Assembly (NCBI GenBank): GCA_964343265.1
Contig: CAYFIW010000001.1
Span: forward strand, 72,512-136,511
Direction: 5' to 3'
DNA from: an uncultured Dehalococcoidia bacterium
Lineage (GTDB): Bacteria > Chloroflexota > Dehalococcoidia > Lucifugimonadales > UBA826
DNA length: 64,000 nucleotides
Shown here: in pieces, positions 57,938-64,000 of the stretch
How the letters are laid out: each line of letters starts with the position of its first letter
Position numbering within the stretch: the first letter of the stretch is position 1
Made by a program: the position numbers and the translations under genes
Notes under the pieces: model-generated
Databases searched by the model: none
Told to the model about the DNA's origin: nothing
Seen by the model: only the letters and a program-made list of their open reading frames with translations

Positions 57938-58765
57938 ATGAATTATGAATTTATAAAATATGAAGTTGAAGATAACGGAGTGGCCAAGGTTTTACTAAAT
58001 AGGCCCGAGAAACTTAACGCCTTGAGTCTTCCTCTTCAAGCTGAATTATATGATTGTCTTCAGGCAGCAGATGATGATCCGCAAGTTAGAGTGATAACTC
58101 TTCGTGGGGCGGGACGGGCTTTTTGCGCTGGATATGATGTCACTCCTCCTCAAACTGATGAAGATAGAAAGGCAGCCGAAGAGCGTCGAGGTAATATAAG
58201 GCACGATATGCACCGCCTTAGAAAGACAGCTAGGTTAATGACATCAGTTTTTGATTTGAGTAAGCCCATCATAGCTGGAATTCATGGTCATGTTATCGCT
58301 GGAGGTACGGACCTGGCTTTACATTGCGACATGATAATTGCTGCGGACGATGCCAATATTGGATTCCCTCCTGTTCGGTCTATGGGCACTCCTCCAACCC
58401 ATATGTGGACATATATGGTTGGTCCTCAAAGGGCTAAATGGTTCATGCTGACCGGGGAGACTGTTTCAGGAAAAGAGGCTGAAGAAATGGGACTTGTTAT
58501 GAAATCAGTGCCATCTGAGGGTTTAGATGCAGCTGTAGACGATCTTGCTAATAAAATTGCTAAAATTCCATGGGATATGCTCGCTGCTAACAAAAGCATA
58601 GTAAATAAAGCATTGGACCTCATGGGAAGGAATATGATGCAGGTAATTGCAGCTGAAACCGATGCTGTGGCTCATCAATCTGAAATAGTCAGAGAATTTA
58701 ACAGGATTTCTAATGAACAGGGTTTGAAAGCTGCACTTGCCTGGAGAGATGCTCCTTTCAAATAA
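57938..58765 (+). CDS. enoyl-CoA hydratase/isomerase (crotonase family)
   Basis: VAKVLLNRPEKLNAL, RAFCAGYD, GHVIAGGTDLAL. GGAAGGAG RBS before ATG 57938 (the ORF opens at 57872). Confidence 0.85.
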   Translation: MNYEFIKYEVEDNGVAKVLLNRPEKLNALSLPLQAELYDCLQAADDDPQVRVITLRGAGRAFCAGYDVTPPQTDEDRKAAEERRGNIRHDMHRLRKTARLMTSVFDLSKPIIAGIHGHVIAGGTDLALHCDMIIAADDANIGFPPVRSMGTPPTHMWTYMVGPQRAKWFMLTGETVSGKEAEEMGLVMKSVPSEGLDAAVDDLANKIAKIPWDMLAANKSIVNKALDLMGRNMMQVIAAETDAVAHQSEIVREFNRISNEQGLKAALAWRDAPFK

Positions 58766-58817
58766 GACTTAAATTGGCATTTCAGCTGTAAAGACGGCTA
58801 CTTATCAGGATTTATTT

Positions 58818-59621
58818 TTGGAGGAAATACCTTTGACTGATTCAAAGATTAAGCGAGCGGGCGAGAACCTATATCAAGAATTTATTTCTAGGTCAGAATT
58901 TTCTATTATGACAAGTGTCGATGCTCCCTCAACTATTGATGAATCATATGCTGTTCAAGATGTTTACATGGATTTGAAGGCAGCTGATTCTGGTGGCTTT
59001 GCTGGGTATAAAATTGCTTATACTACAAAGGTTATGCAGCAGAGATTGGGAGCTAAGGAACCTGTTTACGGCCGTGTTTTATCTGATACTGTTTTCGATT
59101 CACCTGTTACCTTAGCTTCGACAGATTATGTGAGAATTGGTGTGGAATGTGAAGTCGCGGTGTTTGTGTCTAAAGATATGCCCATATCTGATTCTCCTTT
59201 TGATAAAGACTCCGTTTATGAGTCGTTGGGTGATATCGCGCTAGCTTTTGAAATAATTGATGGACGTTCATCTGCTGGAGACCCGACCGTCCCTCAATCA
59301 ATTGCTACAAATATTAGCGGCGCAGGCATAGTATTAGGTAAACCTGTCCATAACTGGCGTGATTTGGATATTCCTTCATCGAAATGCGAACTTTTTATAA
59401 ATCAAGAGTCTGTTGGTGCCGGTAAAGGTTCCGATGTAAATGGGCATCCTGTCGAACCAATGACCTGGATAGCTAATTCCTTGGCTTCTAGAGGAAAAAG
59501 CTTGAAAGCAGGGGATATAGTTATAACAGGAAGTATGATCCCTCCCGTCTTTCTAGACCGAGGTGTCACTGCTATTGTGGAAATGGATCATCTGGGTAGT
59601 GTTGCTCTACACGTGGAATAA
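58818..59621 (+). CDS. 2-keto-4-pentenoate hydratase-like (MhpD / FAH-fold) protein
   Basis: GYKIAYTTKVMQQRLGAKEPVYGRVL block. The start may be TTG 58833, 8 nt after a GGAGG. Confidence 0.65.
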   Translation: MEEIPLTDSKIKRAGENLYQEFISRSEFSIMTSVDAPSTIDESYAVQDVYMDLKAADSGGFAGYKIAYTTKVMQQRLGAKEPVYGRVLSDTVFDSPVTLASTDYVRIGVECEVAVFVSKDMPISDSPFDKDSVYESLGDIALAFEIIDGRSSAGDPTVPQSIATNISGAGIVLGKPVHNWRDLDIPSSKCELFINQESVGAGKGSDVNGHPVEPMTWIANSLASRGKSLKAGDIVITGSMIPPVFLDRGVTAIVEMDHLGSVALHVE

Positions 59622-59642
59622 GTTCTATGTCACTACATAAGG

Positions 59643-60431
59643 ATGAATCTGATGCCGATCGCACCTGTTAATGGAATAGAAATTGAATATCAGGAATTTG
59701 GCCCTTTTACTAATGGATGGGAGGCGGTGATATTTCTACATGGTGCCGGGGGTAATTTATTATCGTGGTTTCAACAGATCCCATATTTTTCTAGAAAATT
59801 TCGGTGTGTCACATTCTCTCATAGGGGCTTTGGGCATTCCGTTGATACCAACTTTTTAGGTGTAGACTCATTTGTAGAAGACTTGGAAGAGTTGCTTGGA
59901 TTTTTAAAAATTGAAAAAGTTCACTTGATTTCTCAGTCTATGGGTGGGCGAACTGCTTTAGGATTCGCGGTTAAATATCCAGATCGAGTGTTAAGTCTTA
60001 CCCTCGCAGATACGACTGGGGCGATTGGTGAACCTGATGTAGAGGAAGCTTTAATTCGATGGAGAGAGTCTCACAAGGATGATAGAGGAATTGGAGTTAG
60101 AGCTCTTTCTGAAGCATTCAGATGTAGTAATCATAATATGGCCAATCTTTATCTACAGATTCAGAAAACAAACCCAATTCGTGACACTTCACAAACAATA
60201 CTTTTAGGGGGTACAAGGTCTGCAGAGCTTAACAAATTAACCATGCCTGTTATGTTCTTGGTCGGTGAAGATGACTTGCTGACTCCTCCACATGTAATAA
60301 GCATTGCTGCCGGGTACATCAAAGGTTGTAAGGTAACTGTAGTCCCTGATTGCGGCCATTCCGTTTATTTTGAGAAACCAGATGTATTTAATTTTGAAGT
60401 TGGTAGATTTATATCAGATAGTTCGGATTAA
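59643..60431 (+). CDS. alpha/beta hydrolase (C-C hydrolase-like)
   Basis: LHGAGGN and SQSMGG nucleophile elbow. Late CGHSVYFE catalytic His block. Confidence 0.8.
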   Translation: MNLMPIAPVNGIEIEYQEFGPFTNGWEAVIFLHGAGGNLLSWFQQIPYFSRKFRCVTFSHRGFGHSVDTNFLGVDSFVEDLEELLGFLKIEKVHLISQSMGGRTALGFAVKYPDRVLSLTLADTTGAIGEPDVEEALIRWRESHKDDRGIGVRALSEAFRCSNHNMANLYLQIQKTNPIRDTSQTILLGGTRSAELNKLTMPVMFLVGEDDLLTPPHVISIAAGYIKGCKVTVVPDCGHSVYFEKPDVFNFEVGRFISDSSD

Positions 60432-61591
60432 AATTGGTCTCCTATCCACGGTTTGGGGCCTGAAAATATTGAATCAGCCAACGAAATTATTTCCCCTGGC
60501 CCATCTATCATTCCCATGATTTTTAAATCCGTTGCTGAGTAGTGACTGGTATATAGTGGAGCAAAACCTCTTGGGCCCACAGTTAATATTTGCCTCGATG
60601 GTGAAGATGTAAGCTTTTTCACTGAGCCTCGGCCTTCATTTATGGTAAGACTCCAGATTCCGTTATTTTCTGGAATCTCTCTGTCACTGAATTCCAAGTT
60701 TACGGAAGCATTAAGTCCTGCGCCGTAACCTCTTTGTTCAAGAGCATCTGATATGTTTAATACCCTTACCATCCAGTCTCTCGAGGATTTTAGCAAGGTT
60801 TCCTGTTCTTCCATACAGAAGTCAATTGGATCGTTTGGGGGCCCATTCCAAGATATTGTATCTATTACCGTTCGATGGTCTGAAAAAAACCTTAATATTC
60901 TTTCAGATGACTGTGGTGTGGATGAGACCATGTCTCTAATTCTAATGTGATCTCCTGATCTTGACTGTTGATAATTGATATATCCAACTATCTGGTTTTC
61001 GTCGCGAATATAATATTTGTAAAACGGCCTGCCATCACTTTTAGTTATTAAGTCCCAAAGTAAACTTCCGCGGTCCAGATTTCCGTTGCTTTGTCGGGCC
61101 CTTTCGTTGAATAGCAAAATCATTTCTTCTTCGTTAGATGTTTGTTCCACTTTTAGTTCATTTAGGTTAGATCGCATTTCTTTCACCGGAGCCTCATATG
61201 TAAGTTTTACTCCGGATCTTTCATAACCTTTTGATCTATAAACTCTCACGCTGGATGGAAATAGTGTTGAAATGGCCATTCCCCTATCCCTCATCTCTTT
61301 GAGAGAATTACTAAGCATTTTAGATGCTGCACCTATCCCTCTACCTTCTGGCGCTACACCTACTGATGTTACTGCTCCTGTCCTTACCTTCCTTCCCCCA
61401 AACCACTGTGCCATATCTATAATTCCCATCCCTCCCAATATATCTCCGTCGGATCTAATCGCCCTAAAATTTTCAAAGCCTACATGTTCGTTCCAACCTG
61501 GCTGGATGTTCCTGTGCAGGGCCTGTTCGATGATTGACCAAGTTAATTCGGCTTCTGATTCTGTAATTTTGGAATAAGTAAGGTTAGGCAA
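60428..61591 (-). CDS. GNAT acetyltransferase with SCP2-like C-terminal domain (Eis-like)
   Basis: 387 aa. VAPEGRGIGAASKM acetyl-CoA binding loop and a three-domain length typical of Eis-family proteins. Confidence 0.6.
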   Translation of the reverse strand: MPNLTYSKITESEAELTWSIIEQALHRNIQPGWNEHVGFENFRAIRSDGDILGGMGIIDMAQWFGGRKVRTGAVTSVGVAPEGRGIGAASKMLSNSLKEMRDRGMAISTLFPSSVRVYRSKGYERSGVKLTYEAPVKEMRSNLNELKVEQTSNEEEMILLFNERARQSNGNLDRGSLLWDLITKSDGRPFYKYYIRDENQIVGYINYQQSRSGDHIRIRDMVSSTPQSSERILRFFSDHRTVIDTISWNGPPNDPIDFCMEEQETLLKSSRDWMVRVLNISDALEQRGYGAGLNASVNLEFSDREIPENNGIWSLTINEGRGSVKKLTSSPSRQILTVGPRGFAPLYTSHYSATDLKIMGMIDGPGEIISLADSIFSGPKPWIGDQF

Positions 61592-61609
61592 TTTATTCTC
61601 CTCAGTTCT

Positions 61610-62707
61610 CTATATAACTCTGTATTGGTCAAGGAAGTTTAAGTCCGGTTCCATTCCAAACCCTGGGAGATTCGGAGGACTGACGAATCCATTTTCAACT
61701 TTCAAGGTGTGACTGTATACCTTGTCGAAGATTGGGTCGGTCTCATCCCTGTAATATTCCAGAATAAGTCCATTAGGGATTGCGCAGAGTAGATGAATGT
61801 GAACCTCTTGTCTGCCATGGGGAGCGATAGGTAAGTTATGAGCTTGGGCCTGAGCGGAAACCTTCATAAATTCAGTGGGGCCTCCCATTATTAGGGCGTC
61901 TGGTTGTAATATTGCGGCTGCCCTACTCTCTATCAAGTCTCTAAATCCGTAGCGGGTGTACTCATTCTCCCCTGTAGCAATTGGTATGGAAGTAGATTGG
62001 CTGATTATGGAATGACCTTTGTAGTCATCTGGAGGTATTGGTTCTTCAAACCAAAAAATATCGTACTGTTCCATCTTTCGTGCTATTTCTATAGCCTCGT
62101 AGTATCGATATGCACAGTTAGCATCGACCATTAATTTTACATTTGGACCTACTGCTTCTCTGACTGCTCTAACTCTTTCTACGTCTTCGTTTATGGGCAC
62201 CGCGCCGATTTTCATCTTCACGGCATCTGCTCCCATAGAAACGCTGGTCTTCATTTCTTCTTGTAGGTCCTGAATACCTTTACCATCTTCATAATACCCT
62301 CCGGCTATATACACTGGAACTTTGTCGGTGAAGCCTCCCAGTAGCTTGTAAACAGGTTTGTTGGCGGCTTTTCCTTTGATATCCCATAAGGCTATATCGA
62401 TTCCACTGATGACGCGCGTCGTAATGCCTCTTCGCCCAGTTATCTTAGGTTCCCATAACTCATCCCATATCTTTTCGTTATCGAATGGGTCTTTCCCAAC
62501 GACGAAATCTTTATAGTAATCAAATATAGATTTGATTATTTCATCCGATGAATGTGTCCCTCCTACAAGTCCAACACCTGTGATACCTTCGTCGGTATCA
62601 ATGAACACAAAGTTTCTCCCGTCGTGAGTGTATGTGTGTTTTCCATTACTTTGTGGAACTCTCTTGGGCCATCGGTAGCACTCAATTCTCATATCAATGA
62701 TCTTCAT
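61610..62707 (-). CDS. mandelate racemase / muconate lactonizing enzyme family (enolase superfamily)
   Basis: VKMKIGA, MVDANCAY, FWFEEPIPPDD metal-ligand blocks. Confidence 0.85.
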   Translation of the reverse strand: MKIIDMRIECYRWPKRVPQSNGKHTYTHDGRNFVFIDTDEGITGVGLVGGTHSSDEIIKSIFDYYKDFVVGKDPFDNEKIWDELWEPKITGRRGITTRVISGIDIALWDIKGKAANKPVYKLLGGFTDKVPVYIAGGYYEDGKGIQDLQEEMKTSVSMGADAVKMKIGAVPINEDVERVRAVREAVGPNVKLMVDANCAYRYYEAIEIARKMEQYDIFWFEEPIPPDDYKGHSIISQSTSIPIATGENEYTRYGFRDLIESRAAAILQPDALIMGGPTEFMKVSAQAQAHNLPIAPHGRQEVHIHLLCAIPNGLILEYYRDETDPIFDKVYSHTLKVENGFVSPPNLPGFGMEPDLNFLDQYRVI

Positions 62708-62853
62708 GTGAAAACTCCATAATTGAACTTAGGGAATGTGTTTCATGTCTCTAATATTCCTAATCAAACTTTAGAGAATAAACGATTTAAAGGAAAGCTA
62801 TTACTGTATATTGCACCCTAGTGTAATATGCGGTCATATAAATAGGGATATAT

Positions 62854-64000
62854 ATGAGAACTTACAAATATTCAAAGTGGGATGGGACACAGGACTTATC
62901 TAGAAGTCTTGATGAAAACTTTGGAGCTCTAGCTAAGGAAATACTTGAGGCAGGGGATGTAAATGTAGCGCTTGGGAATCTGGTTCGAGATGGGTTTCAA
63001 GCCTCTGGTGATTCAGACGCGAGTGAGATACGTCCGGTTGGAGGATTGAATGACTTATTAGCTGGATTAGAAGAAGAAAGGAAATTTCGACTTGAAAAAT
63101 ACAATATCGATTCGATAATTTCTGTAATTTCCAGCAATTTAGATAATGTCATAGAGTTTGAAAAAAAGGATATAGCCTATGAGATCAAGGGAACTGAAGA
63201 GGCATTCTATAACAATTTAGATTACACAACGTCGACTCTCTCAGAAAAAATCAAAGACCTGCTCGGCTACGATTTTCTTAATAACGAAACAAGTAAAAAG
63301 CTTGATCAAGTTTTAGAAACTTTGAGAAATCAGTGGGCGTTTAATTTTTTCAGGGATACTGAAGGTTTGGAAAGCCAGATTCCGGAAAATTACTCGGAAA
63401 CCTCAAAATATCTGGTGAATGATACAAAACGATTATTGTCCGAAGATTCCCAGGAAAAAGAATCTGCTTTTACCGCATTTTTGACTGCCCATGGTCATCA
63501 TTTTGATAATACTGACCCTCAAACAATAGATGAACTAATTGACCTGATCAGACGGAATATAGTTGCTGCGCACACTCTAATGCAGAGCTTCAAAGAAGAA
63601 TCAAGAAGTGATCTGAATTCCTTGTTCTCTAGTTTGTCCGATCTCAATACCATGAATCAACTTAATGAATTGACCGAATTAATTAATGAGATTTCTCCAT
63701 TAGAAAGGAGTGTAAAAAAATACAATTTTGTTGGGTCTGATGAAGTCGACTATCAGCAAGGAATGGATTTAATGCATGCAATGATCGCAATTGACGATCT
63801 TGAAAATAAAATCCATGAAACTGTAAAAACTGGCAATATTGAGTTACTCGATACAGTAGAGATAGAAAAAATATTGGGTAAGGATGCCAGGTCTAATATC
63901 GAAGAAGTTCAACGGATGGTCGGAGCTTTACAAGAAGCGGGATTTTTGCAAAAAAACAGAGATAGGTATGAACTGGGTCCTCTTGCTGTTCGGCAAATAG
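62854..64000 (+). CDS. partial CDS (3' end beyond the window), large hypothetical protein of the type usually paired with MoxR-like ATPases (possible vWA protein)
   Basis: Open frame from ATG 62854 to the window end, absent from the supplied track because it has no stop. The N-terminus MRTYKYSKWDGTQ resembles the Y-S-x-W-D-G-[ST]-Q start I associate with vWA-domain proteins. No vWA motif is visible in the part present. Confidence 0.45.
   Translation, partial: MRTYKYSKWDGTQDLSRSLDENFGALAKEILEAGDVNVALGNLVRDGFQASGDSDASEIRPVGGLNDLLAGLEEERKFRLEKYNIDSIISVISSNLDNVIEFEKKDIAYEIKGTEEAFYNNLDYTTSTLSEKIKDLLGYDFLNNETSKKLDQVLETLRNQWAFNFFRDTEGLESQIPENYSETSKYLVNDTKRLLSEDSQEKESAFTAFLTAHGHHFDNTDPQTIDELIDLIRRNIVAAHTLMQSFKEESRSDLNSLFSSLSDLNTMNQLNELTELINEISPLERSVKKYNFVGSDEVDYQQGMDLMHAMIAIDDLENKIHETVKTGNIELLDTVEIEKILGKDARSNIEEVQRMVGALQEAGFLQKNRDRYELGPLAVRQI

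Noticed and set aside
1-64000. Looked for CRISPR arrays, tandem repeats, IS elements, integrases, phage genes, tRNA and rRNA genes.
   Set aside because: None found by eye. There are no spaced direct repeats, no transposase or integrase-like ORFs, and no GGTTCGAATCC-type T-arm sequences in the intergenic regions. A tRNAscan/Rfam run would be needed to exclude small RNAs formally.

Overview
AT-rich (roughly 40% GC by eye), very densely coding bacterial chromosomal segment with about 62 protein genes. I recognised no rRNA, tRNA, CRISPR array, transposase or integrase. Landmarks: nadD and pyrE; dnaA (4210-5610, minus) with a ~700-bp non-coding block upstream; an 11-gene same-strand CoA-ester catabolic operon (7.3-19.6 kb: DUF35, thiolase-like, three acyl-CoA dehydrogenases, three family III CoA-transferases including a racemase-like one, an acetyl-CoA hydrolase/transferase-family enzyme and a nitronate-monooxygenase-like flavoenzyme); htrA with ccmH-ccmF and two uncharacterised membrane proteins; a patchy accessory-looking stretch (25-36 kb) holding small zinc-ribbon proteins, a 904-aa polytopic protein, hydrolases and two decayed genes; iscA/ygfZ; a fatty-acid/phospholipid cluster (split hotdog dehydratase, plsX, fabG, fabL); serS; an amidase; four MFS transporters in total; proBA; and further hydrolase, crotonase and enolase-superfamily genes. 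The repertoire (many CaiB-type transferases, ACADs, an LLM/F420-type oxidoreductase, an enolase-superfamily enzyme, MFS and alpha/beta hydrolases, System I cytochrome c maturation) fits a marine Chloroflexota (SAR202-like) genome, but that is inference from gene content only. The points most worth follow-up are the dnaA-upstream non-coding block, the thiolase-like/DUF35 pair with a remodelled active site, the unknown genes coupled to ccm, the paralogous zinc-ribbon mini-proteins, and an oxidase gene broken by one TGA at a conserved Trp codon. All motif matches and alignments were done by eye; no searches were run.
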